Shown: positions 1-10,190 of the stretch, in pieces
Layout of the letters: each line of letters starts with the position of its first letter
Numbering within the stretch: the stretch's first letter is position 1
DNA from: Natrialba aegyptia DSM 13077
GTDB taxonomy: Archaea; Halobacteriota; Halobacteria; Halobacteriales; Natrialbaceae
NCBI RefSeq assembly: GCF_000337535.1
Contig: NZ_AOIP01000054.1
Span: 41,070 to 65,069 of the forward strand
DNA: 24,000 bases
Direction: 5' to 3'
Translations under genes and position numbers: made by a program
Notes under the pieces: model-generated
Database searches by the model: none
What the model saw: only the letters and a program-made list of their open reading frames with translations
What the model was told of the DNA's origin: nothing

Positions 1-2204
<2,204 letters not shown>

Positions 2205-2457
2205 TTAGAATTTTATTACTTGTGAGTTCGTGTCGTGTATCCGATACACCGCAGAGTCCCAGCCTAGCCAAGGTTCAGCCCGACCAACTAGGCCATTTCT
2301 AGAGGTGATGGGAATCGCTCATCAGAGCAGACCGCTCGAGATAGCGCTATAGGAGTTCTAGGCGGACGACTACGGCTCATCGGAGTCTATATCAGTGACT
2401 TACGGTTCTCCTTGGCCTTGGAAATCTGCTTCTCAAGATTCCTGAATCGGTATTTCC

Positions 2458-2778
2458 CTATGAATAGCGTTGTTCCAACTTCTCAATCTGCATGATAATC
2501 TCAGCGAGTTCGTCGCCTTTCTCAGTCAGCGAATAGGAGACGGTCGGCGGCGTTGCCGACTCATCGACCGTTCGGACGACGACCGTCTCCTCTTGAAGGC
2601 TTTTCAGCCGCGTCGAGAGGGTGCTTGCAGGCAGGCCCTCGATTTTCTGTTTGATCTGGTTGAACTGGGCGTCCCCTCGGGCCAGCAGCCGTAGAATGTG
2701 GAACGTCCACTTGCACCCGAGAACTTCCCAGATACCGCTCCACTCGGTAGGTGCTGGAAGGTCTGACTCTGTTCCCAT
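2458..2778 (-). CDS. HxlR-family winged-helix transcriptional regulator
   Basis: 106-aa ORF with an ATG start. Contains LGCKWTFHILRLL...FNQIKQKIEGLPASTLSTRLKSLQEE...VSYSLTEKG, the typical HxlR (GxKW...IL, YSLTxxG) pattern. Confidence 0.85.
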   Translation of the reverse strand: MGTESDLPAPTEWSGIWEVLGCKWTFHILRLLARGDAQFNQIKQKIEGLPASTLSTRLKSLQEETVVVRTVDESATPPTVSYSLTEKGDELAEIIMQIEKLEQRYS

Positions 2779-2872
2779 GAGACTACCTCGTTCAGTCTAC
2801 TGTAGCAACTACCTTCAAAATTACTACCAGCTTTACGGTCTTGCGCGTGGTGATCCCACGAGGAGATTCCAC

Positions 2873-3460
2873 ATGAGCAACGAACCCGTTCCTGGTTACA
2901 ATCTGGGAGATGAGTCGATCCCTTCCGCACCTATCAGCATGGAGGAGTTCGACAGGTTGAAGCAAACGGTGATGTTCACGGAGGAAGACGAGGAACAGCT
3001 CCGGAAGGCAAGCGAAATCCTTGGACCACAGGTCGAGGAAGTCGTCGACGTGTGGTACGATTTCGTCGCCGATCATGACTTCCTGCTGCACTACTATAGC
3101 ACGCCCGACGGGGAACCGATCGACGACTATCTCTACCGGGTTCGGAAGCGATTCGAGCAATGGATCCGTGACACCTGTAACACGCCGTACGACGAGGACT
3201 GGTTGAACTACCAGTTCGAGATCGGCCGCCGCCACCGCGAAAAGAAAAACGAGACTGACGACGTGGATGCCGTTCAAGTCATTGATCTTCGATATGTGAT
3301 CGGATTCATTTATCCGATCACTGCGACCGTCCGGGACTTCCTCGACGACGGTGAGCACAGCGCTGACGAGGTCGACGCGATGTACCACGCCTGGTTCAAA
3401 GCTGTTGTCCTGCAGGTTATGCTCTGGAGCTACCCGTACGTCAAAGACGACGATTGGTAA
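2873..3460 (+). CDS. Protoglobin (single-domain archaeal globin)
   Basis: Internal ATG of track ORF 2621..3460. The 195-aa product MSNEPVPGYNLGDE...VMFTEEDEEQLRKA...VDVWYDFV...RKRFEQWI...YQFEIGRRHREKKNETD...FIYPITAT...WFKAVVLQVMLWSYPYV is nearly collinear with Methanosarcina acetivorans protoglobin as I recall it. It keeps Trp-Tyr (B9/B10), Phe (E11) and the proximal His (F8). Confidence 0.9.
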   Translation: MSNEPVPGYNLGDESIPSAPISMEEFDRLKQTVMFTEEDEEQLRKASEILGPQVEEVVDVWYDFVADHDFLLHYYSTPDGEPIDDYLYRVRKRFEQWIRDTCNTPYDEDWLNYQFEIGRRHREKKNETDDVDAVQVIDLRYVIGFIYPITATVRDFLDDGEHSADEVDAMYHAWFKAVVLQVMLWSYPYVKDDDW

Positions 3461-3504
3461 ACGAGTTTCAACAGACCCTTTAGAAGCTACCGCCAAGAAG
3501 AGAT

Positions 3505-4872
3505 ATGACTCAGAACCGAAACGAGAGCCCCTCCTACCAGCTATACGATCGAGCGCTCGAGTCGTTAGTCGGCGGTGTCAACTCACCCGTTCGGGCTGAT
3601 CCACAGCCGACCCCAGCATTCGTCGATTACGGTGACGGTGGCGACATCGTCGACGTCGACGGTGATCGGTACCGTGACTACATCATGGGATACGGACCGC
3701 TGCTCCTCGGTCACGACCTCCCCGACCCCGTCCGAGAGGCGATTTCGGAGACGGTCGCCGACGGACCGATGTATGGGATCCCGACCGAGATCGAAGTCGA
3801 ACTCGCGGAGTTCGTCATCGAGCACGTCGAGAGCGTCGAGCGACTCCGATTCGTTAACTCCGGAACGGAAGCGACTGCTGCGGCCATCCGACTCGCTCGA
3901 GGCTATACCGGTCGCGACAAAATCGTCGTGATGCAGGGCGGCTACCACGGCGGCCACGAGTCGGTCCTCGTTGAGGGGAATCTCGGCGATCGGGGGCCAA
4001 GCAGTGCAGGTATCCCGGAGACGTTTGCCGAGGAAACGATTCCAGTCCCGTTCAACGACGACGAAGCACTTCAGGAGGTCTTCGATCGGCACGGCCCAGA
4101 TATTGCGGCAGTCGTGACCGAGCCGCTGCTGGGTAACTGCGGGATCGTCCTCCCGGTCGAAGGCTACCACGAAACGATCCGAGAGCTCTGTGACGAATAC
4201 GGCTCGCTGTTCATCTTGGACGAAGTGATCACCGGCTTCCGCGTCGGCGGTTTGCAGTGTGCGCAGGGTAAGTACGGCATCGAACCGGATCTCACGACGT
4301 TCGCGAAAATCATCGGTGGCGGGTTCCCGGTGGGAGCGATCGGTGGCCGAGCGGAACTCATGCAAGAATTCACGCCGATGGGTGACGTCTTCGAGTCCGG
4401 CACCTTCAACGGGCATCCGGTGACGATGGCCGCCGGGCTCGAGACGCTTCGATTCGCGAAGGATCACGACGTCTATTCGCACGTCAATGACCTCGGCAAG
4501 CAACTCCGAGCCGGACTGCAGGATATCGTCGAGGAGCACGCGCCCGAGTACACCGTTGCGGGCACGGATTCGATGTTCAAACTGCTGTTTACCCGCGAGG
4601 CCCCCGAGACGTTCGATGGCCACTGTCAGGCCGGATGTGTACAGGATCCGGACTGTCCAAGATTCGACCTGTGTCCAAAAACTGGTGCGGACGTCGAAGC
4701 CGGCGAGACCGATCGCTGGAAGCGAACGTTCTGGCCGGCAATGGCCGATCGAGGTGTGTTACTCACGCCGAACCAACTCGAGAGTCAGTTCGTGAGTTAT
4801 GCTCATACTGAGGACGACATTGACCGAACACTCGACGCCTATCAGGACGTTCTCTCAACGAGAGATCGATGA
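3505..4872 (+). CDS. hemL: Glutamate-1-semialdehyde 2,1-aminomutase (class III aminotransferase)
   Basis: 455-aa ORF with [25 protein letters not shown] and the PLP-lysine motif [17 protein letters not shown]. Confidence 0.85.
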   Translation: MTQNRNESPSYQLYDRALESLVGGVNSPVRADPQPTPAFVDYGDGGDIVDVDGDRYRDYIMGYGPLLLGHDLPDPVREAISETVADGPMYGIPTEIEVELAEFVIEHVESVERLRFVNSGTEATAAAIRLARGYTGRDKIVVMQGGYHGGHESVLVEGNLGDRGPSSAGIPETFAEETIPVPFNDDEALQEVFDRHGPDIAAVVTEPLLGNCGIVLPVEGYHETIRELCDEYGSLFILDEVITGFRVGGLQCAQGKYGIEPDLTTFAKIIGGGFPVGAIGGRAELMQEFTPMGDVFESGTFNGHPVTMAAGLETLRFAKDHDVYSHVNDLGKQLRAGLQDIVEEHAPEYTVAGTDSMFKLLFTREAPETFDGHCQAGCVQDPDCPRFDLCPKTGADVEAGETDRWKRTFWPAMADRGVLLTPNQLESQFVSYAHTEDDIDRTLDAYQDVLSTRDR

Positions 4873-5621
4873 CAGTCGTTACTGACGCATACGTTCGGTC
4901 GATTCAGGTGGGAACGCCAGCCACCTACGGGAGCGAGGATGCCTCAGATCCAATGGATCGACCGTGGGAAACAGCCTTCTTCAAAGATCCTATTGAGGGT
5001 GACTGCTTCCTCGGTGAGACGAATCTCGAGGGAGATCAACAGGCAGATCTCGAACACCACGGTGGGCCCGACAAAGCCGTTTGTGTCTACCCCATCGAAC
5101 ACTACGAGTACTGGGCCGACCGGCTCGATCTGGATCTCGGTACCGCTGCGTTCGGTGAAAACTTTACTATCGAGGGGCTCACCGAACAGGAGGCGTGTAT
5201 CGGCGATGTCTTCGGCGTCGGTGATGCGACCGTCCAGATCACGCTCCCACGATCCCCGTGTTGGAAGCTGGCTCGTCGATGGCGCGTTCTCGAGTTAGCG
5301 ATGCAATTTGAGGAGACGGGATACACAGGGTGGTTCCTGCGTGTTCTTGACACCGGAACCGTCTCGTCTGGACAAAAGATACATCTCGTTGACCGTCCGC
5401 ACCCGGAGTGGTCAGTTGCCCGCGCGACGAAGGTCCGATACCGGATGCCCGACGATCGAGAACTCGCTGGCGAATTGGCGTCGCTTGACGCCCTCGGCGA
5501 CAGCTGGACCGAAAAGCTCCGCCATCGAGCGGAGACTGGAGAGCAGATGTACTCGAAAGCACGTGTTATTGGTCCGAATGCGGCGGACGCTCCGTTCGAT
5601 AACCGCGAAGAAAACCATTGA
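4869..5621 (+). CDS. MOSC domain protein (YiiM-like)
   Basis: 250-aa ORF with [35 protein letters not shown] and [13 protein letters not shown]. Its ATG overlaps the hemL stop (ATGA at 4869-4872). Confidence 0.85.
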   Translation: MTVVTDAYVRSIQVGTPATYGSEDASDPMDRPWETAFFKDPIEGDCFLGETNLEGDQQADLEHHGGPDKAVCVYPIEHYEYWADRLDLDLGTAAFGENFTIEGLTEQEACIGDVFGVGDATVQITLPRSPCWKLARRWRVLELAMQFEETGYTGWFLRVLDTGTVSSGQKIHLVDRPHPEWSVARATKVRYRMPDDRELAGELASLDALGDSWTEKLRHRAETGEQMYSKARVIGPNAADAPFDNREENH

Positions 5622-5790
5622 TTCTGGTGAACAATCCCGACTACGGGGGCCACGTTTACGCCTCGACAGTTGATGGAGGGGCCGTGAGCATCCTTCATGA
5701 ACACCAGAGCGTGTCATAGAATCCTTCACAAGTCGTTGTTTCACCAGCGATGTCGGTGAATTGATCGCTATGTAGAGTTATGAACTGAAG

Positions 5791-6690
5791 GCTCTGTTGA
5801 AATCCTTAGTGAGTTACAGGTTCAGTCGGTAGTGTGAGTAGATGCAGACCCTCCCAAAGTCTCGGTTGCTCCGGTTTGTCGAGGAAGCATTTCAGTTACC
5901 GCAACGTGCCGTAGCTCGATACTCCTCGAAATTTTCGAAAAACGCTATACGCTCCATCAGCACATCGTTCTCCTCTGTCTCAAAGTTCGGAAGGACACAA
6001 CGTATCGAACACTCCTCGACGAACTCATCGAAATGCCCCGTATTCGGAGTGCGATCAACCTCACCGAACTTCCTGCGCCGTCAACGCTATGCAAGGCATT
6101 CGATAGGCTCGATATGGCCGTTTGGCGGGTGCTTCTCAACCTCTCAGTTTCACTGCTTCCGACAAATGGTGTTGCGGGGATTGACGCTTCGGGCTTCGAC
6201 CGAAATCACGCCTCGAAGCACTACACGAAACGGACGAAGTTGACGATTCAGCAGCTGAAAGTCACGCTCTTAGTCGATACCAGAGCGAACGCTATCCTCG
6301 ATCTTCACATTACAACGACTCGAAAACACGATACGCAGATCGCACCATCGCTCATCAATCGCAACGCAGCTGAAGTTGATGTTCTGCTTGGTGACAAAGG
6401 ATACGACGATCAGCAGATTCGGGGGATGGCCCGCGAAAATTCGATTCGTCCGCTGATCAAACACCGTGAGTTCTCATCACTGCAGAAAGCGTGGAACGCT
6501 CGGTTGGATACTGAACTCTATGGCCAACGGAGCCAGAGCGAAACGGTGAACTCTCGACTCAAGTGAAGATACGGTGTGTTCGTCCGTTCACGACGCTGGT
6601 GGAAGCAGTTTCGTGAACTCGCCCTTGTGTGTATCGTCCACAATCTTGATCGAGCTACCTAACGATCAGTACAGGTGAAGGAGTGAACAG
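5791..6690 (+). mobile_element. Degraded IS5-family insertion sequence, boundaries approximate
   Basis: Surrounds the transposase pseudogene. Weak terminal inverted repeat: ctgttgaaatcctt at 5793-5806 versus the reverse complement of 6678-6690 (ctgttcactcctt). I could not identify a target-site duplication. Confidence 0.5.
5842..6662 (+). pseudogene. IS5-family (DDE_Tnp_1) transposase, inactivated by one frameshift and one nonsense codon
   Basis: The N-terminus MQTLPKSRLLRFVEEAFQ...YSSKFSK is in frame 1. The body KRYTLHQHIVLLCLKVRKDTTYRTLLDELIEMPRIRS...GDKGYDD...QRSQSETVNSRLK is in frame 0, and the junction is an A5 run at 5938-5942. An in-frame TGA at 6564-6566 is followed by an open RYGVFVRSRRWWKQFRELALVCIVHNLDRAT tail ending in TAA at 6660-6662. 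Confidence 0.8.
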
Positions 6691-6710
6691 TATATTCAAA
6701 AATGACCGCG

Positions 6711-6926
6711 TCACGAATCCGGTTCGAGAGCCTGAACGCTTACCGAGATAAAGTAAACGAACATGAACAAGAAGAATCCAACAATGAGCGGAATGAGTCG
6801 CTGATCAATGACGGCGAGTTCCAATATTGCCAATACAGCGATCCCGCTTATGAAAACCAGTATCACGAACCCACCAACCGCATAGTAGAACCGGAGATCG
6901 GATTCAAAGTATCTTTGGATTCCCAT
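6711..6926 (-). CDS. Hypothetical small membrane protein (about 2 TM helices)
   Basis: 71-aa ATG ORF with two hydrophobic stretches (AVGGFVILVFISGIAVLAILEL and LIPLIVGFFLFMFVYFISVSV). I recognise no homolog. Confidence 0.4.
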   Translation of the reverse strand: MGIQRYFESDLRFYYAVGGFVILVFISGIAVLAILELAVIDQRLIPLIVGFFLFMFVYFISVSVQALEPDS

Positions 6927-7047
6927 TACGCTCTGTTGGCGACCGGAAACGAAAAGTACAACGAAGTTCGCACAGTCTGTATCTGTAGTTGCCGATCAGG
7001 ACAGGATGCAACGTTATCATGTTTTATCAGATAGATAGTCGTCACGA

Positions 7048-7518
7048 ATGAGTGAACCGCACATTCGACAAGCAACAGTGGCCGTCGCCGAGCAACTTGC
7101 GGAGGTATACCAGAGTGCGTATCAGGAAAATCGTCGGCTAGGACTCCCCAACGAAGCAGAGTCTGCATCAGAGAAGAGGATAGCTGACTTGGTTCGGCAG
7201 AACACGGTCTACGTTGCCAAGAAAGATGGCGATGTAATTGGCGGTGTCTGTCTCGAAGACACAGATTCAGACCATGTGAAACTCAGCCGACTCGCCATCC
7301 ACGAAAACTGGAAAAGAGAGGGCGTCGGAAGACAGTTACTCGACTACGCAGAGGAACAGGCTCGGCACTATGGATACGCTACGATCCGGCTGATCACTCC
7401 GGAAGAGCACCCGTATCTCCCGGAGATGTACCGCCAACGTGGGTATGAAGACGTCGAGACAGTCTCGCAGGAGAGCTATGACTTTGAATTTCTCGTGATG
7501 GAAAATGCTATCCGATAG
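7048..7518 (+). CDS. GNAT-family N-acetyltransferase
   Basis: 156-aa ORF. The acetyl-CoA binding motif A-like segment is LAIHENWKREGVGRQLLDYAEEQA, and the length and beta-alpha pattern are typical. Confidence 0.8.
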   Translation: MSEPHIRQATVAVAEQLAEVYQSAYQENRRLGLPNEAESASEKRIADLVRQNTVYVAKKDGDVIGGVCLEDTDSDHVKLSRLAIHENWKREGVGRQLLDYAEEQARHYGYATIRLITPEEHPYLPEMYRQRGYEDVETVSQESYDFEFLVMENAIR

Positions 7519-7608
7519 GTAAGCACACCCACCTATCGGCTGATTCAGCTGATAAGGTATCGAATTAATGGGGGTTCAACAGAGCTAGTACATAATATTT
7601 AGTAGTCA

Positions 7609-8427
7609 TCATGAGAACGGGTGGTCAAAGTCTTTAGAGCGAGCACGGATGGTTGATTCACTCACGCCAGTGAGAGCCGCTAGTTCTGATACGCTGGTTT
7701 CGATTTGATATTTGTTCGCAGTATACAACCATGCTCCAGCGAGGATGCCCATGTGACGTTTGCCCTGTGCCCATTTAGCGGTTTGTGCGTGGTGAAGCAG
7801 GTCGTCGACGAGCGAGATGGCTTCGGGCGGTGCTGTCGGGTATTGAAGTTTGAACAGGTGGCTTCCGGTTGTGTCGAGTAGGTCGTCACGTCTGTCTCGG
7901 AGTGTGGCTGTCGATACGTCGAATTTGTCGGCGATATCGGTCTGGGAGAGGTCGGTGTCGGCAGCTGAACTTGTGATGTAGAGTACAGCTGCCGCGTATG
8001 TATATGGAGAGACACCACTGGTGACTCCGGCTTCGGCACCCAAGTCTGCTATTTGTTGTGCACGAGTTTGGATATCATCAGAGAGCGAAAGGTCCTCGCA
8101 CGCTTCTTCGAGGATCACAGTTGGATCATCATTCGGTATTCCGAGCTCCAGCGTGTCCGAGATGCGTTTCTTTTCGTTGAGAATCTCTGATTTGGTAGCA
8201 TCGGAAGCGTCGGCAATCCTGGTCACGCGAACCGGAGTCTCTCGCAAGCGACAGGCAATGAGGAAGCATGCTGCAGCCGTACGAGCAGGGGATCGAATCT
8301 GCAGTTCTTGCGTCATGACTTCTGAAATGAGGAGTTCCGCGTACTGCTGAATATTCTCGTCCAGAATGAGGGACTGTTGGATCGATGTTAGGTGTTCGAG
8401 GACGGCGTTTTGAGGTTCTGTAGGCAT
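7609..8427 (-). CDS. TFIIB/TFB-like cyclin-fold protein lacking the N-terminal zinc ribbon and B-reader, with an extra C-terminal HTH-like repeat
   Basis: 272-aa ATG ORF. Two TFB-core-like repeats (RSPARTAAACFLIACRLRETPVRVTRIADASDATKSEI and SGVSPYTYAAAVLYITSSAADTDLSQTDIADKFDVSTATLRDRRDDL) plus a third segment (KRHMGILAGAWLYTANKYQIETSVSELAALTGVSESTIRARSKD). There is no Cys in the N-terminal region. Confidence 0.75.
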   Translation of the reverse strand: MPTEPQNAVLEHLTSIQQSLILDENIQQYAELLISEVMTQELQIRSPARTAAACFLIACRLRETPVRVTRIADASDATKSEILNEKKRISDTLELGIPNDDPTVILEEACEDLSLSDDIQTRAQQIADLGAEAGVTSGVSPYTYAAAVLYITSSAADTDLSQTDIADKFDVSTATLRDRRDDLLDTTGSHLFKLQYPTAPPEAISLVDDLLHHAQTAKWAQGKRHMGILAGAWLYTANKYQIETSVSELAALTGVSESTIRARSKDFDHPFS

Positions 8428-8478
8428 ATTCTGTATTTAGTCAGCGTCCTGTGAGTTTTGTAATGTGCCGAGGAGCGT

Positions 8479-8691
8479 TCAAAGTCGATATTTGAGTGTG
8501 CTGTATCGGTATCGACCGATAATCGCTTCTAGCGTTTCGACGACGTTATACTCAACGTTACTCTGCCCCGCCAGCCGTACAGACAGGTTGGTAGCCCCAT
8601 GGTTCTCGAACTGGAATTCGAACGTCGTCTCCTCATATCGTTCGTTCGCTGCACGAACATACAAAGCCGCAGCCGTGCTACGTCCTTCCAT
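8479..8691 (-). CDS. Candidate 70-aa hypothetical protein
   Basis: Internal ATG of track ORF 8479..8802, giving MEGRSTAAALYVRAANERYEETTFEFQFENHGATNLSVRLAGQSNVEYNVVETLEAIIGRYRYSTLKYRL. It fills the otherwise empty 262-nt gap upstream of the TFB-like gene. I recognise no homolog. Confidence 0.25.
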   Translation of the reverse strand: MEGRSTAAALYVRAANERYEETTFEFQFENHGATNLSVRLAGQSNVEYNVVETLEAIIGRYRYSTLKYRL

Positions 8692-9547
8692 GGAAATTAC
8701 CCTCATCGGGACTGGAAGCCCTGTCCCAATTTCGGCACGTGGCGGCACGAGTCTCGTGATCGACGTTGCAGACGACATGGTGATGATTGACTGCGGGCCC
8801 AAGACGGTCTACGGTCTGATGGACGCCGACGTCGATATGGGTGAGATCGAGACGCTGTTTTTCACCCATCATCACATGGATCACAACGCGTCGTTCTTCC
8901 ACTTCGCCTTCACGAGCTGGACCGAGGCCGGTCGTGGATCGCTCACAGTGTACGGCCCGGACGGTACCGACCGGCTCGTTGATGCGCTGTACGACGTCTA
9001 CACGGAAGACATCGAGTACCGCAAAGATATCTACCCGACGGACGGCATCTCCGGTATCGAAACCGAACTCGTGACGGATGGATTCAGTCGCCAGATGGAC
9101 GGCTGGGATATCGACGCATTACCAGTCGAACACTCGATCGAGACGTACGCCTACCGGTTTGAGGAGCACGAAACGGGGTCGTCAATCGTCTTCTCTGGTG
9201 ACACGCGGAAGATCCCGTCGCTCGCCGAGTTTGCCGAGGATGCAGATATTCTCATTCAGGACTGCAACACCGCTCCAGTCGATGAAGACCGCGTCCCGAA
9301 CGCGGACGAGCAGTTCGTGTGGCCACAGCACGCAGCAGGGGAAGAAGGACTCGACAGGTCCACGTTGACTGCCAATCACTGCGATGCGACAGACGCCGGT
9401 GAGATCGCACAGGACGCTGGCGTGCAGACGCTCGTTCTCACGCACATCATGCCGTACCGTGACCTCGACGCAATGCAACGCGATGCCGAGTCGGTTTTCG
9501 ACGGCGACGTGGTCGTCGCTGAAGACGGCCTCACACTCACTCCGTAG
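8690..9547 (+). CDS. MBL-fold metallo-hydrolase (RNase Z / beta-lactamase superfamily)
   Basis: Internal ATG of track ORF 8465..9547. Reads MEITLIGTGSPVP...LVIDVADDMVMIDCG...FFTHHHMDHN (HxHxDH) ...VFSGDT...LVLTHI. The 75-aa extension upstream is basic and unlike a halophile protein. Confidence 0.8.
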   Translation: MEITLIGTGSPVPISARGGTSLVIDVADDMVMIDCGPKTVYGLMDADVDMGEIETLFFTHHHMDHNASFFHFAFTSWTEAGRGSLTVYGPDGTDRLVDALYDVYTEDIEYRKDIYPTDGISGIETELVTDGFSRQMDGWDIDALPVEHSIETYAYRFEEHETGSSIVFSGDTRKIPSLAEFAEDADILIQDCNTAPVDEDRVPNADEQFVWPQHAAGEEGLDRSTLTANHCDATDAGEIAQDAGVQTLVLTHIMPYRDLDAMQRDAESVFDGDVVVAEDGLTLTP

Positions 9548-9628
9548 GCAGCCGATCCAGCTTTGACTGTCTACGGTGGACCAACCGACGACGATCTCCT
9601 GGGGTTTAGCTCAATTGGGGCGCTAAGC

Positions 9629-9678
9629 CCCCTTCCTCAGTGAGCGCCGACCGAACGGGAGGCGCGAGCAGGGAGGGG
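9629..9678 (+). repeat. Left-end subterminal imperfect hairpin of the IS200/IS605 element
   Basis: CCCCTTCCT (9629-9637) pairs with AGGGAGGGG (9670-9678) with one T-G. The inner stem is GCGCC (9644-9648) / GGCGC (9661-9665). Confidence 0.5.
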
Positions 9679-9781
9679 ATACAGCGCCGCACGATTCTCA
9701 TACACGATTCGGTAGCAGGCCCACAGGCCCACGCAACCGCACCGTTTTTGCAGTAGGATAGCATAGTATTGACCGAACCCA

Positions 9782-10186
9782 ATGGAGTATGACCTCGACT
9801 CGGGAGCACACTCGACGTATTCCCTACACTACCACCTGATACTCACCACGAAGTATCGGCGCGGAGTGCTAACCGAGGAGCGAACCCAATTCATCCACGA
9901 AGTCATCAGCGGGTTCACGGACAACTACGGTGTCGAACTGACGAACCTCGACGGCAAGGACGACCACGTACACATCCTGTTCCGAGCGAAACCAACCACC
10001 GACCTCGTGAAGTTCATAAACACGGTCAAAGGCGCGACCGCCCGCCGTATCCGCAACGAGTACGCGGACGAACTGAAGACCGAACTGTGGGGAGACTCGT
10101 TCTGGAACGACTCGTACTGCCTCATCTCGACGGGGCAGGTGTCGCTGGATGTGTTGAAACAGTACGTCGAGAACCAACGCGAGTAG
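9782..10186 (+). CDS. tnpA: IS200/IS605 Y1 (HUH) transposase TnpA
   Basis: 134 aa. YHLILTTKYRR, HUH motif DDHVHILF, catalytic-Tyr region NDSYCLIS. Confidence 0.92.
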   Translation: MEYDLDSGAHSTYSLHYHLILTTKYRRGVLTEERTQFIHEVISGFTDNYGVELTNLDGKDDHVHILFRAKPTTDLVKFINTVKGATARRIRNEYADELKTELWGDSFWNDSYCLISTGQVSLDVLKQYVENQRE

Positions 10187-10190
10187 CGCC

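Noticed and set aside
2621-2872. 84-codon N-terminal extension of the protoglobin ORF (track start 2621)
   Set aside because: It overlaps the hxlR coding region, is basic and low-complexity, and homology to protoglobin begins exactly at the ATG at 2873.
2792-4623. Long minus-strand ORFs 2792..3496 (234 aa) and 3583..4623 (346 aa)
   Set aside because: They are antisense to the confidently identified protoglobin and hemL genes. Their composition is that of GC-rich antisense frames.
8465-8689. 75-codon N-terminal extension of the MBL hydrolase ORF
   Set aside because: The extension is basic and Ser/Arg/Tyr-rich, which is atypical for this proteome. The MBL fold normally starts at MxITxLGTG, which is the ATG at 8690.
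8428-8691. The idea that the 70-aa ORF and the TFB-like gene, which share a frame, are one gene split by a stop, with the upstream part supplying the missing N-terminal domain
   Set aside because: Two stops (TGA at 8479-8481 and TAA further down) separate them. The 70-aa sequence has no cysteines or zinc-ribbon/B-reader features. Sharing a frame has a one-in-three chance.
9599-9650. tRNA-like string GGGGTTTAGCTCAATTGG (D-arm look-alike)
   Set aside because: There is no closing GAGC D-stem, no anticodon or T-arm (GTTCRANYC), and no matching acceptor 3' half. The sequence is better explained as the flank and left end of the IS200/IS605 element.
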